A stretch of DNA of 64,000 nt from Eledone cirrhosa (lineage: Eukaryota). This document shows positions 27,976 through 42,240 of this stretch, one piece after another. The stretch is from assembly GCA_964016885.1 (NCBI GenBank), contig OZ024741.1, forward strand, positions 113,274,001 through 113,338,000. The letters are read 5' to 3'. The notes under the pieces were generated by a model. That model made no database searches. It was not told the origin of the DNA and saw only the letters and a program-made list of their open reading frames with translations. Position 1 is the first letter of the stretch. Every line of letters begins with the position of its first letter. The position numbers and the translations under genes are program-made.

Positions 27976-28466
27976 GGTAATCCAGTTAGAGGTTGTGAAT
28001 ACTCCGTATTGTGGATGGTTTTAATGTACAGCGTTGTTTGACTCAACAAGAGGTTTCCTTAGTTAGGTTGCGAGTTCTCGGGAATTCTCATCCGATGATT
28101 TGATTAGGCATACATTGTATAACCCTTTAATGTTCAAACTGGCCAGAATTCTCTACCTTTTTCTGTTGAAACTGGCTGTAATTGGTCACTCAAACTGATG
28201 TTAAGGTATTGTTCTCAAAATAAATACTTTCAAAATCTCATAGATTCGATATTATGTGAGATAATTATGCGAGGTAAATCCTTTACCATGAAAATATAAT
28301 AGTATATATAGAGTAATGTGAATGCTAAAGGGTTAACATTTTTTTGAGTGACACAACTTCAAGTGATTAGCAATTTTTAGACAACCTAATCAATGAAACA
28401 ATTGTTAATACTGTAAATAAAACCCTTTTTGTACTGTTGACCATGTTATTCTTCACTCTTTCACTA
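27976..28466 (+). mobile_element. PLE/retrozyme-like non-coding repeat with a hammerhead split by a MITE; same family as 62411-62719
   Basis: 27976-28070 matches 62413-62505 directly. 28092-28120 plus 28337-28465 match the reverse complement of 62550-62710. Confidence 0.75.
28123..28332. mobile_element. piggyBac-like TTAA MITE
   Basis: CCCTTTA...AATGCTAAAGGG ends with (A)TAA/TTAA flanks; homologous to 49377-49596 and partial 39740-39894. Confidence 0.85.
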
Positions 28467-28570
28467 TATATATATATATATATATATTCAGGTTTGAGGT
28501 TCACCACTGGATAGAGCTTGATTTTCAGCCCCATGGATTTTATCTATTACATTCACTTATTATATTTCGA

Positions 28571-28628
28571 ATACCTGATGATATCACCGGATTCATACGG
28601 AACCCGGTCATTGAAATGATCATAGTAT
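28571..28628 (+). ncRNA. Type-I hammerhead ribozyme motif, core intact
   Basis: ATAC-CTGATGA-T-ATCACCGGATTC(ATACG)GAACCCGGTCAT-T-GAA-ATGATCAT-A-GTAT: stem I 4 bp, stem II 10/12 pairs, palindromic stem III, AUA cleavage triplet. Confidence 0.75.
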
Positions 28629-28674
28629 AATAAACCTTTCAAGCATTTACACAAATCCAGCCTCCTGTCATTTC

Positions 28675-28723
<49 letters not shown>

Positions 28724-29379
28724 AAGGACTTCAACAGGACTGATTGGAACTGTTTCATTCATATGAAATCATTAGGAAAGTTAGATGAAATTGGTCAGAT
28801 CATTATTTATAGTTTTTGGGGGATGAATGTTGTGAGGGGTATTGGGGAGAGAAGAGAGGTGATAGGTGATGGAGAAGAAGGTAGTGTAAAAGACGATGGA
28901 GTGGTCACATCCCAATGCCCAGTGGTAATCCAAACATATATATATAATAATAATAAAAATAGTCTAATAGCCAAAATGAAAGCGTTAAAACATTTCATTC
29001 TTCAAACACATGTTTCTAAAGAATATATAAAGAAGAAATACAAATGTGGGAGAACCTTGCTCAAGCTCTATTATTCGTATAAAGATGTGTCTATATATTA
29101 TAATCTGAGCATTGTCTAGAGGAATTAAGTATTAAACAATAATTATGCTCATTCAGAGAATACATAAAATATTCAAATAAGCAATGACAGTGAAAATACA
29201 ACCTTATATCATAATAATTACATGCCTTTACCTTATATATATATATAAGAAAAAGAAATTGAAAATGTAATTGGAGTCTTTTATGAATATTTATTTACTT
29301 TACCGGTTTCATAGTTCTTATGATTTTCAAAAGTAAAATTGAAATGGAAGGTTTCTGTTTCTGTTGTGATTTGACTTGC

Positions 29380-29450
<71 letters not shown>

Positions 29451-30853
29451 GAGAGAGTGTATGTGTGTGTGTGAGAGAGAGAGATACTCTATGAAGCAGT
29501 CATAAGTTGATATGGTCATATAGACCTATACCAATAATTCCCACCCTTTTCACAACTAAGAACTACTTTTATTTAAATGAATTTTCTCACAGACTGCTTC
29601 TTTAAATATTTCTCTCCTAGATTGTGATATAGTGAGAATAACAATCAAAAGAGAGAAATGGATATACTTTGACAAGAATGAATGCCCAATAGTGTCTATT
29701 ATGTTTTTAACAGTACTTGAAATTTTCGAATTTAGCTTATTAAATACCAGTGTCACCTTTGTAGGATAGGACCCTAGGATAGGAATTACTGACCTATGTG
29801 TTTGTGTGCATGGTGGGGAGGGGTTATATGCATTGTGCATACATACTATATACTGTAACTAATGCATTCTATATCTTTGTTATACATTATTGTAGGTATT
29901 TGCCAATAAATTTTTCTTATTACAATTTGCTTCCTATGATTTACAACACAAATAGAGATTATATCAAAACAATTCATGATAATAAAAGATGCACAAATAC
30001 ATTTTAACTTAACATCTTGTACCACTTAGAATGAGATTAGCAAAACATTTGAAAAGTATAAAATGGCACTATGGCTGCATCATATTAATATTTAAAGATG
30101 TTACTCTAATACTACACATTTATACAATATGTCCATGAGAAATGATACCATAGACATTTTAAATAACATACCTTTTTTAGACATTTTATGCTAAATCATT
30201 AAAGGAAGTTTTTTGTTTTTTAAAGAATAGTCAGTCTTTTATTGCTGTATGGTATTCTTGTTGTCATTATTATTGTTATAAGGGTGGTGGATTGGCAGAA
30301 TTGGTAGAGCATCAGACAACATGCTTAGTGGTAGAGTTCTGGCCCTTTATGTTCTGGGTCCAAATCCCACCAAGGTTAGCTTTGTACCAAGTAATGCACT
30401 GGGTCGATTTAATTAACTTTCCTTTCCCCAAAATTGTTGGCCTTGTGTCTAAATCAGAAACCATTATTATTATTGTTATAAGTACAGTGGATTGGCATAG
30501 TTCATAGGACTGCAAGTCAAATGTTTTGGCTATTTATATTCTGAGTTCAAATCCCATTGAGGTCATCTTTACTTTCATCATTCTGAGGTTGATAACATAA
30601 AGTACCAGTCAAGCACTAGGTGAAATATAATCAACTTCCTTTCGGAATTGCCTGCCTAGTCCTTAAATTAGGAATTGTTATTGTTTTTGTTATAATCTGA
30701 TTTCATTGTCTTGCTTATTTTCTCTCTCTTAAAGTACTTTTCTTTTTAAAACAAAAACTAGACAAACATACAAACTAAAAAAAAAGTAAGAAAATGGGAA
30801 GTTGTCAAAGGTGACATAGTGTGAGTCCACACAACTCTAGGTGTTAATGTGTG

Positions 30854-30891
<38 letters not shown>

Positions 30892-31772
30892 GTCAAAAAT
30901 CCTGCAATGAAGCTGCTTGCATGAGGCTAACAGACATTCTAAATTCATGTGTGTGTGTGTATGTTTGTGTGTTTGTGTCTATGTACAATAGTCTAACAGT
31001 TGCACGAAAAGACATCAATGTAACATGTACCAGACTTGAAAAAAAAACCAACAAGGAAGTGGCATCGATTAGATCGACTAAATCCTTTTAAGGTGATGCC
31101 CTAGCATGTCTGCTGTCTAATGACTGAAACCAGTAAAAGAATAAAAGGTTAAAATAAAAAAGGAAATGAAAATACATTTGCGTCATTGTCAACAATGATA
31201 TGATGTGATTGCACACACCTCTGCTTTATTATATATATATACATATATATTATACATGCATACACACGTGTGTATGTGTACATATATTTGTATGTATATA
31301 TATATATATATAATTGTATATATAATAAGCAGAAGTGTGTGGAATATATATGAGAGAATGAGAGAGAGAAAAAGAGAAACCCAGTAGAAATATGATTACT
31401 CTGATATTTACTTGTTGTCAGGTCTCTGATGTCTTTCCAGCTGACCAGTAAATGTATCATGTGTGTGTTTTATCTGTTTACCCATCAAACAAGAGCATGT
31501 ATTATACAGATTGTTTGTATTTGAAGTTTGTAAAATAAACAAAAATATATAAAATGAAAAACAAAAAACAAAAACAAACAGAAAATAATGTGTAACCTGT
31601 ATTATGTTTACTATATACTTTTTATTTTTCATGCTGAATCAATAGCTGTTTATATAATATGTTGCTTGTTTGATATTATCAGTCAATGATATATTGGTGT
31701 ATATCACACCCACCATATCCTATAGCGATTCATACACATGCTGCATAAAGCCATTTTGTAAGGTATATTTAA

Positions 31773-32004
31773 CCCTTTTGATACCAAACAATCTCTAATT
31801 CTATGATATAAATCTGTTTATTTTAAAGTATTTATATTTATCTAAAAGCCTTCCATCATAATTTATGTATGAACAATAGTTATGTTCCAAACAGCCCCTT
31901 AATAATAAGTTATTTTACTAAATCTCTCGAAACTCATGATTATTTTCAAAATTGTTTGAAAATCATAAGCAGTGTCTTTCATTCTAAATATGGTAATGAA
32001 AGGG
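31773..32004. mobile_element. Old TTAA MITE; related remnant near 19470-19805
   Basis: TTAA CCCTTTTGATACC ... GGTAATGAAAGGG TTAA. Confidence 0.7.
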
Positions 32005-32299
32005 TTAAAAAGAGATTCAAATTAACGTATCTAATACAAAAATGTCTGCTATTTATTTTAAAATGTCTATATTTATCTAAAAACCTCCATAAATTTATTT
32101 ATGAATCAGTGCTACATTCTAAACATCACCTTGACAAAGTGAGAGTTGTCTATTTTAATAAATACTTCAACATTCTTGATTATTTTCAAAATTAATTGAA
32201 AGTCATGGAAAATGTCTGCCTTGTCATCCTCCCTGCCTCTCCTGTGAGTTACATGCAGAACTGGTTGGATGAAATAATCCTGCTTGTCATTCTCAAAAA

Positions 32300-32790
32300 C
32301 TACTGCCATCGACAAGTTATCTCTAGTGTGGAAATCTAGTCATTTAGACAATATGAAAAGGAACTTCTTTGAAGCAACTGTTACCTCTGTTCTATTGTAT
32401 GGCTGCTCAGCATGGACCCTTACCTCAAAATTGGAAAGACTATTAAATGAAGCCTACACTCACATGCTAAGAGTGGTTTTGAATGTCACTTGGAGAGATT
32501 GTCTGACCAATAAGTATAGGAACATTCGCTTAGTATCAGGCATCAACAAAAGCACAGAATCAGATTTGCTGAGCATTGCTGGAGAGCTAAAGAAGAAATT
32601 GTTAGTAAAGTTCTTTTGAGGAAGCCTACACAAGAAAGAGCTAGCAGGGGGTGTCAAGCCAAGGCCTATATCAAGTAGATTTGTGACAACATAAACTACA
32701 ACCACTGTAATCTGCCAAAGATCATGAACAATAGAACTGGATGGCAACAGAGAGTCAATGAAATCTGTGCAAGCAGTGCGGTGCGACATT
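32300..32790 (+). mobile_element. RTE-group LINE RT C-terminal fragment
   Basis: ORF 32284-32619: FFEATVTSVLLYGCSAWTLTSKLERLLNEAYTHMLRVVLNVTW. Confidence 0.8.
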
Positions 32791-33139
32791 GATAGAAATA
32801 ATTTTAGGCAATAGATTCATGCATTAAGTGACTGAGACACCTGTCTGGTCAGACATTTTCCACCACCTTTGTCACATACTAAATGAGCTAACTCGCATAA
32901 CTTGTTTCCCATCCTCCAATATTACTTTCCAATGAAATTAATGCTGTTCATCACATTGTTACTCCTATCACTTTCTCAACTGCTAGCCTCTGCCCTCCAA
33001 TACCATACTCCAAATGAACCCAAATACTTGTGTTAATGTTGTTCACCAACACTTGTCCTCTACCTCTAGTCTCATGTCCATCTAAATTTCACCTTTGCCT
33101 CATGTCAATCTAAATTTCAATATTGTTCGTGTTTGTCTG

Positions 33140-33900
33140 ACTCATCGTCATCATCACTGTTTAACATCCAGTTCTCCTTGCTAGTATGGGTTAGATGAGT
33201 TGTCCCATTGTGAGTCAAGTCAGGTTAGATAACTGTGTGTTGCTTATACAGAAATGTTTTCAGCCTGGTTTCAACAGTTGCATGCCCATCCTAATACCAA
33301 CCACATTTACTGCGTGGAATGGGTACCTTTTATTGCAGTACCAACATGACCATTTACAGTGTGCCTGGGGCATTTTTGTTGTGAAACCTACACAACCACT
33401 TTACAGTGTGGACTGGGTGCTTTTTATAATGTCACCAACACAAGAACTTTACAGTGTGGACTGGCGCTTTTTGTCGCAGCACTAGAACGAACACTTTGCA
33501 GTGTGGACCGAGCGATTTTGTCATGGCACCAAAAACTACCACTTTAAGGTGTGGACTTTGCACTTTTCATTGTGACACCAAGGCAACAACTTTACAATTG
33601 ACACCAAAACTACCACCTTTTATCGTGTCATCAACATAACCTCTTTACAGGTTGGACTTGGTGCTCTTGTGATTTCATCATGACCACTTCACAGGGTGGA
33701 CTGGGCATTTATTGTTGTGTCACTAATACGACCACACTACAGGGTGAAGTAGGCACTTTTGTTGTTACCAACCCACCTACACCATAGAGCAGACCGGGTG
33801 TCACCAACATGACCACCTTACAGAGTTGATTAGAGGTTTTTGTTTTGTCACCAGCATGACCTCCTTAAAGGGTGCGCTGAGAACTAATTAGCCACTTCAG
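33140..33900 (-). mobile_element. RTE 3'-UTR repeat with expanded ~47-bp subrepeat array; similar at 52080-52580, 57355-57630 and 62775-63210
   Basis: About ten CCACTTTACAGTGTGGACTGGGTGCTTTT-like units after a reverse-complemented (TGA)n tail. Confidence 0.75.
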
Positions 33901-34899
33901 CAGCATTGTGTGAGAGCGTGTTCATTTGTCCAAGATTGTTGGCCAAGACAGGTTGTCAGATGTGGAAAGTGGGGGTGGGAGTGGAGAGTGGAGATTGAAA
34001 AGGTAGATCTATGGTGCGGGTACTTAACTGGTGAAGTGAGGAGTGTTAGACGTATGGAAGAACGATAGGGGAGAAGTAGTGTGAACTAGCGATTGCTAAA
34101 TGTTACTTCATCCAGTGCACATTAGAAGGCTTGTTTTCTACATTACTATATGAACGAGCAGGGGGAGATATGGTGCATACTAATAGCCACTAGATGTTGT
34201 TACCACATGCCCCTGGGAAGATGGCTCTTCTGCAGTACCGAATAACACCAGAGATCTCAATTCTGTGTCATCACCTTTGTGAGGTGAAATTGTGTGTGAC
34301 CAGCTTTTATCACCTCATCCATATTTTCCTAGGTCTACCTCTATTATAGTTTCCATCAACTTTGAGTGCTCTGCACCTTTTTATACATCTGTTCTCCTTC
34401 ATACATATCACATGTCCATGCCACCACAATTTTCCTTCCTGCACACCGCATCTGATTCCTCATAACATCCTTCACAAGGCAGAATCTTGATCCAGCACTC
34501 TTAATTGTAGCAGGTGTTTGAGTTTCAGTGTGTGTGTGTTTGTATGTCTTCTACTTTTTTTCTCTATCTAGTATTTAGAATATAAATGTTGTTCACTTGT
34601 ATGTTGGTTCAGATGAACCACCAGTACACTGTTATATTTGGAGTAAGGTATTGGAGAGCAGAGGCTAGAAGTTGAGATCTGAAAGGAGTAACAATTTAGT
34701 GATGGCATCCAGCCATAGAAAACCTGCCAAACAAGGGGTCAGAAGGACTCTTCAGTTATGCCAAAGACAAGTGCTGGTGCCATGATAAAATTAAAATGCA
34801 TCCTCTTGATGGAACTAGTGGAACACAAACTTCCTTGTAAAAAATTGTGAATGTCCCTTCCATTAAATATATGCTGTGTGTATGTGTAACATATTTTAA

Positions 34900-35112
34900 T
34901 AATGATTTCAGCTTTAGGCACAAGGCCAAAAGTTTGGGAGGAAGTGAAAGTCAATAAAATCGACCCCTGTTTGTTACTGGTACTTTATTTTATCGAACTA
35001 GTAAGGATGAAAGGCAAAGCTAATCTCGGCAGGATTCAAACTCACAACATAAAGGGCTGTAACTCTATGCTACACAGCATGTTTTCCAGCACCCTATCGA
35101 TACTGCCAATTT
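34900..35112 (-). mobile_element. tRNA-derived Meta-like SINE
   Basis: Reverse complement of the SINE at 59384-59578. Confidence 0.8.
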
Positions 35113-36274
35113 AATAATAGTACTATGTTATGAGTCTAATAACAGTGGAATAATATGAATATAATATGGGAGCTATGTCTTGTGTGTATAATACAGTTTA
35201 TAAGGAAACAAACATGTATCTGCACAATAGATTAGGTAGTAGTAAACATGTATATATATTAATAGTAATAATATGCATATTGCAAATTATATCGTAGATA
35301 ACATATTTGTGCATAGAAATGGTATAAGTGGTAAAAGTGTGTTTGTGTGTGTGTGTATATATATAATCTGTTTAGATATAGTTAGACCAAATAACAATCA
35401 ATTGTAGATAGATTCAATCATAAAACTATACTCTTTCTTCTATCTTTCCCCTCACCCTCATGTGATGCCAAAGCTCTATCCGGAACCACTTGAGGTTCCC
35501 TGGTGAATACTCTTCTTATAGAGAACTTCTGAACATGGATGAGTGGCGTACATATATCTATATAACTATATATATATATATGCATATGTTTATGGAGATA
35601 CACAATACATACACACACAAATGCATATACTGCTCTTTTCTTTCTCCCTATCTATATCTATTCACTTGCTGTCTTTATTTAATATAATCTTTCATAATTT
35701 ATTTAACTCTGAGAAATGTTTTCATTTTGAAATTCAATTCCCATAATCAGTTTAAAAAATTTATTTTGTTACCTATTTTTATTTCTTTGTATATATAGTG
35801 TCTGTTATTTAATCCCTGTTCACACACATGTACACACATATATGCATCAACATTCACAAACACACATATATATACATCATCATATGTATGTATATATTTA
35901 TACATACACATTAATATGTATGTGAGTGTGTATACGCATGCACAACATACATTGTATGTCTACTTATATACACACACTCCTTTTAACTCATAACAGCATG
36001 GAAAATAGACATAAAACAATGATGATGATGATGATGCGCACACATGGTCTAACATGAAGATTATAATGATTATAGGCAATTGTGGTGATTAATCTAATAT
36101 TCACTACTGTGACAATAATGATGATGTAGAAGATAGGATTGGATATTCGTATGTGGGATATGTGTGTGGGTTTGAGAGAGAGAAAGAGAAATTGTTTATG
36201 TGTATGGCAGAGGGAGAGTAATGTAAATGTTATTGTATATATATATATATATATACACACACATATATATATAT

Positions 36275-36344
<70 letters not shown>

Positions 36345-36452
36345 AGTAAAGAGGAGGATGTAAAAGAAAAGAAAGAAAACATCTAGACACTGTATTATAT
36401 GAACATTGTTCTTGTGTGAGTGTCTGTGTGTACACACATATATATATACACA

Positions 36453-36537
36453 CAGGGTGTCCCAAAAAATGTATACAGACTTCCAGACTTCAACAGCATT
36501 CTAATCAAATTGTATATACATTTTTGGGGTCACCATG
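36453..36537. mobile_element. Tiny Tc1/mariner-type MITE in a TA/CA tract
   Basis: CAGGGTGTCCCAAAAAATGTATAC ... GTATATACATTTTTGGGGTCACCATG, followed by TA. Confidence 0.75.
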
Positions 36538-36569
<32 letters not shown>

Positions 36570-36647
36570 TAGTTATATAGTGAGAAAGAGATTGAGAGAG
36601 AGAAAGGAAGAAAGGGTAGGAAAGTGAGTGAGAGAGAAAACTACAAT

Positions 36648-36830
36648 AATTGTTTCTACTTTAGGCACAAGGCCAGCAATGACCCAGTTCATTACTGGTA
36701 CTTTATTTTATCGACCCCGTAAGGATGAGAGGCAAAGTCAACCTCGGCGGGATTTGAACTCAGATCGTAAAGGGACGTAACTATGCTGGAAAGCATGGCA
36801 TCCGACCCTCTACCGATACTGCCAATCCAT
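36648..36830 (-). mobile_element. tRNA-derived Meta-like SINE (young copy)
   Basis: Close reverse-complement match to 59384-59578. Confidence 0.88.
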
Positions 36831-39800
36831 AATGAAAACCTGATAGTGCATCATGTCACCAGAACAGCAGATAGTTTTAAATGGTCAACAGACAGGAGAA
36901 GGAAATAGATAATGCTGTTGCTTTGTTTGTCTGTCACTTCTATTTTTCTTGCATGTGATTTTATTTCAAATTTGGTTATTATTACACATAGTGGATTGGC
37001 AGAATCATTAGAGCATCAGACAAAATGCGTTGTGGCATTTAGTCACAGTCTTTTATATTCTGAGTTCAAATCTTGCGAAGATCAACTTCGCTTTTCATCC
37101 TTCTGGGGTCGATAGTAGCATTTGAGAACCTGTGTCAATATAATCAACTTTCCCCTTACTCCAAATTGCTAGCCATGTGTCAATGTTAGAAAGAATTATT
37201 ATCAATATACAAAGTCTGTTAGACTTGTTATGCCAATACCACAAATGGCATGAGATTGATCCCAATACTAGCGACAAAAACAGGGAATTTGCAGAATTGT
37301 TGGAGTTCAGACAAAATGCTTGGCATAATTTATGTTCTAAGTTCAAATGCTGCTGAAATTGCATTTCATAGTAGGTTTCTTGAGTGTTTTAATGATATGG
37401 GTCCCAGTCCTGTCATAAAAAGGCTTCCATTGCAGCCATTAACCCCCAGCTGCTACTGGTATACATACTTTTCTTTTCAGCTGAATTGACAGGAGTCATG
37501 TGAAATGAAGTGTCTTGCTCAAAGATACAATACACTGTACAGACTAAGAATCAAATCCACAACTTTACGATTTTGAGTCCAATACCAGTTTGCTTCTTGT
37601 GTGTTTTAATCATATCATGAAAAGAAGAAACTTGCAGAAAGAAACAATGCATTATCTGGTCCAGAAATCAAATGTCCAATAGCCAAACCACTAGGCCATT
37701 CAGCTCCACTAAAATTAATTGCTGTAACAATATGCAAATATGGAAATTATCAAAACCCATCCTGTCATTAGTGCGATGGGAAGAGAGATACAAAAGAGCA
37801 AATTAAAATTAATCTAAATATTGCTATCTAGATTTAGAATAAACTTTATGGGAAATTAAAAAAATTAAATTAAAATCAACTAAAGTATAGGAAAAAACAG
37901 CAAAAAGTAGAAAAAAATGTTTATTTATTTTTTTTTTATTAAATTAATATTGTTTCATGTTTTTCTTTATTTTTTTGTCTTTTTGTCTTTTGCATGCCAT
38001 GTCTATGTGGTTCGGGAGTTTATTTTGCATCCACCTGGTTTCAGATTCAATTCCACTGCATGGCAACTTGTGCAAATGTCTTCCACTATAGCCTCAGTTT
38101 GACTTATGCTTTCTGACTGAAATTTGGTAGACAGAAACTGTGTGGAAGCCTGTTGCATACATACACATACGTTTGTATGTTTATATGTGTGTATGTGCGT
38201 GTATGTGTATATACATTTACATTCTGTAGCATAGCAGTCCAACAAAAACAGATTGATAAAGTAAGTACCAGATTGGAAAAAGGAATAAGTACTGGAAGTC
38301 GATATGATCAACTAAATCCCTTCAAGGCAGTTCTCCAGCATGGCCACAGTCTAATGACTAAAACCAGTAAAAGAATAAAAAGATTAAATGAATAAATATT
38401 GCAATCAAGATTAAAAATAAATTTAATGTAAAATTAATTTAAAAAAAAAAAAATTAAAATGAGCTAAAATATAAAAAGTAGAATTTTTTTTTTATTCAAT
38501 TTATTTATGCTATTTATGTATTTAGTTATTTATTTATTTATTATGTTCTTCAATTCTTTTGGCAAATATTCAGAAGTCGCAGTTGGTTTATTAATATACA
38601 GTAATGGAATGGGTTATTGGTAGTGATTGGAGGTGTGCAAATATTATTACCTGTTATTGCAATTTATTTAAAGTCAACATTGCAATTATTGCTAAGCTTG
38701 CAGCTGAGGCAATGACAACACATGGAATTAAATATAATTTGACCCCTCTGAACAAATATTTTCAACCACATCAGATTGTTTGTTTATCAAAGTGTGTTGT
38801 AGAATTAAGAACTAAAGTATGGTTGTAGTAACATGTTGATTTAACAGAATGAAAATCAAAAAGAAAAATATTTCTATTGAATTTAAAATCAAACACCCAT
38901 GCACATATGTACACACAAACACATACACATGCATATATACATGTATAGTCATACATACACACATGAAGAAACATAAATATGTAAGCACACACAAATACGC
39001 ATACTACACACAAGGAGAAACATACATATGCACACAAACATAAACATATGTACCCACATACATATCTACACATACATTTAGCCACATACTTACATATTCA
39101 CTTACATATTCACAAACATACACATACACACATACATTTAGCCACATACTTATATATTCACAAACATACACACACACCCAACCACATATGTACATACACA
39201 CATAAACACACAATTACCTAACCACATGTACATACACACTAACATACATGAACACATACATGTACACATATATACAAATATATACATATGTACACATAGA
39301 TATATATGCACGCACACACACACACACACATGTACACCAACCAACTCATATATAGACATTAAAACATTAAAATAAATATACATTTACTTGCAAAATTGTT
39401 AAATTATTTATATATAAATTACTTAGATTAGATTATTTAAATATAATTTATTTTATTTAAATCTAGTTTATAGCATTTTACCATCTTACCTTTAAGCTTC
39501 ATAACGTCATCTTAACAACATCATCATCATCATAACCACTCACAATAGAATCATAACATCATCATCTCAACAAATTCATATCAACATTATAAAAACATCA
39601 TCATCATAACAATATCGTAACATCATAACAATATCATAACATCATCATCTCAACATCATAACAATGATATAACATCGTAACATTACCATCTCAACAAAAT
39701 CATAACTATATCATAACACCATAACAATATATAACAGCTGTAACTGGCTGCTCCTACTGACATTAAGGTGTTGTTCTCAAAATAAATATCATCAAAATCA

Positions 39801-41353
39801 TGTAGATTCGATATTATGCGAGATAATTATGTGAGATAAAGACTTTACCATGAAAATATAATAGTATATATAGAGAAATGTAAATGCTAAAGGGTTAAAT
39901 ACCCATGGAAACCATTATGTCATGACAGGGTTCATGGATGGATAGATAATCATCAAGAGGATTTGCAATGGTTAGATATATGTTGTATTGCAATATTTAT
40001 TCATTTTTGTTTCACAATTATATATTTTATTTTGGGTATAAGAAGAATCAAATGTGTGCAAGAGAGATGACTGTGCTGGTATGGACATGTGATGCCTCAG
40101 GATGATGATTGTTGGGTGAAGAAGTGTCAGGACATCTCAGGGGAAGAATGCTTTAGTAGAAGGCCAAGAAGACCTGAACAAAAGCAATGAGAATGGATCT
40201 GAAAACACTGAACCTGGCATAAAAAATAACAAAAGGACATAGTAGATGGTAGGAAGCTGTGCTGGAAAAGATCCATCCAACTCAAGCAAGCATGGAAAAG
40301 TGGATGTGAAAAGATAATGATGATGATGATATAGGGTGACTAATGAAAGAAATCTTTAGCAATATATTTCTGTGGAAGAAATAAAGAATGCTACAAGTTA
40401 TTAAATATAGATGCAGTGAAGCATTTGTGTGTGTACGTGTATGTGTGTTTGAATTATGATTTAGGTGTAACAGGCAAATTCAAAAGAGCAAGGGCCATTA
40501 TTTTAACTGAATAAGACAAAGAGCGGGCATGACACTAGTGTGATATTTTTTAAAAAACTGAGACATGCATTTGTCAATGAGAGAAAGTTTACTGATCAGT
40601 TAAGTGACCCTAGTCATGGATTCAGTCATGGGTAACTGACATGAAGTGGCAGTAGGGGGTGGGGAGTGTTAAGCAGTAAGCTGAACTTACTGCAGGTTGA
40701 CAAGTAAATAGCTGATAAGGTATACAAAACTAAAATTTCAATATCTAACTAGTTACATTAGGGATAAAAGTGCTTCCATTTTTATCATCATCATTGCCAT
40801 TGTCCCATTGATAGTAACAGCAACAGCAGTAACACAGCAGCAGCAACATCATCATCGTCATCCTCACCATCATGCTCAGCATTATCATCATCATCCTCAA
40901 TATCACCACCAGTAATAGTAGTAACATAATTCCCTATTGAATAATTTATCACCAAGTGGCTGACAGTTTCTATATTAATCCACACTGCATATTACACTTT
41001 CATCAAAATGATATATCTCTTTAGTCACCGATTATGACTACACACTCAATACTTAGTTTTGAGCTGAGATCAGGAGTGCTTTAGTCTTCCATTTTAAATC
41101 ACTGGGGAAAACAAATTCCATGACTTCAAATCTTTCTTTATTCTCCATCTTTTCCTTTTCTAGACTCATTACTGTTGAGGTATACTGTAACATATTTTTG
41201 CTACTATTTAACAGGAGGCATATAATGGTTCACCTATCATTCTTGATCCATTCTGTAAACACTTATCAGCCCTTTTTCTCCAACTGTGCATTTTATGTAC
41301 AGCCAATTGATGCATGCTTTTGGATGTAATGCCTTATGTATGTTCTTCAGTCT

Positions 41354-42240
41354 TGGATTGGCAGTATCGGTAGAGGATCGGATGCCATGCTTTGACGCAT
41401 AGAGTTACGGCCCTTTCCCTTCTGAGTTCAAATCCCGCCGAGGTTAACTTTGCCTTTCATCCTTAATGGGTCGATAATATAAAGTACCGGTAATGCACTG
41501 GGATAAATGCTGGCCTTGTGCCAAAAGTAGAAACAATTATTATTATTCGGTAGATTGGCAGTATCAGTAGAGCATCTGACAACTTGCTTTGTGGCATAGA
41601 GTTATGGCCCTTTATGTTCTGAGTTCAAATTCCGCTGAGGTTTGCTTTGCCTTTCATCCTTAAGGGGTCGATAAAATAAAGTACCAGTCCCGCATTCGGG
41701 GTCGATTTAATCGTCTTCCCCGCCCCCAAAATTGCTGACCTTATTCCTATATAAGAAACCATTCGGACGCCATGCTTTGACGCATAGAGTTACGGCCCTT
41801 GCCATTCTGAGTTCAAATCCCTCCGAGGTTAACTTTGCCTTTCATCCTTACGGGGTTGATAAAATAAAGTACCAGTAATGTACTGAGTAATTTCTGGCCT
41901 TGTGCCAATAGTAGAAACAATTATTATATTCAAATCTTGCTGTGGTCAATTTTGCCTTTCATCCTTCCAGAGTCAGCAAAATAAAACACCAGTAAAGTAT
42001 AAGGTTTATATAATCAACTTTCTCCTTCCTCACAAATGGTTGGACCTTCTGGCTAAATCAGAAACCATGATTATTATTATCATATTACTATTATTATCAT
42101 ATTCAAAACCTGCCAAGGTTAGCTTTGCCTTTCATCCTTATGGGGACGATAAGATAAAGTACCAGTAATGCACTGGAGTTGATATAATCAACTTTTTCCT
42201 CCCTACAAATTGTTGGTTTTGTGCCTAAATTAAAAATTAT
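41354..42240 (+). mobile_element. Head-to-tail cluster of about five Meta-like SINE copies
   Basis: TTTGCCTTTCATCCT centre recurs near 41450, 41645, 41835, 41950 and 42125. Confidence 0.88.

Noticed and set aside
27845-27976. C-terminal extension of the aminopeptidase ORF in the track
   Set aside because: Read-through past the GTAAGT donor into intron and microsatellite.
35460-35550. Possible small exon (RFPGEYSSYRELLNMDEW)
   Set aside because: No recognisable homology or convincing splice sites.
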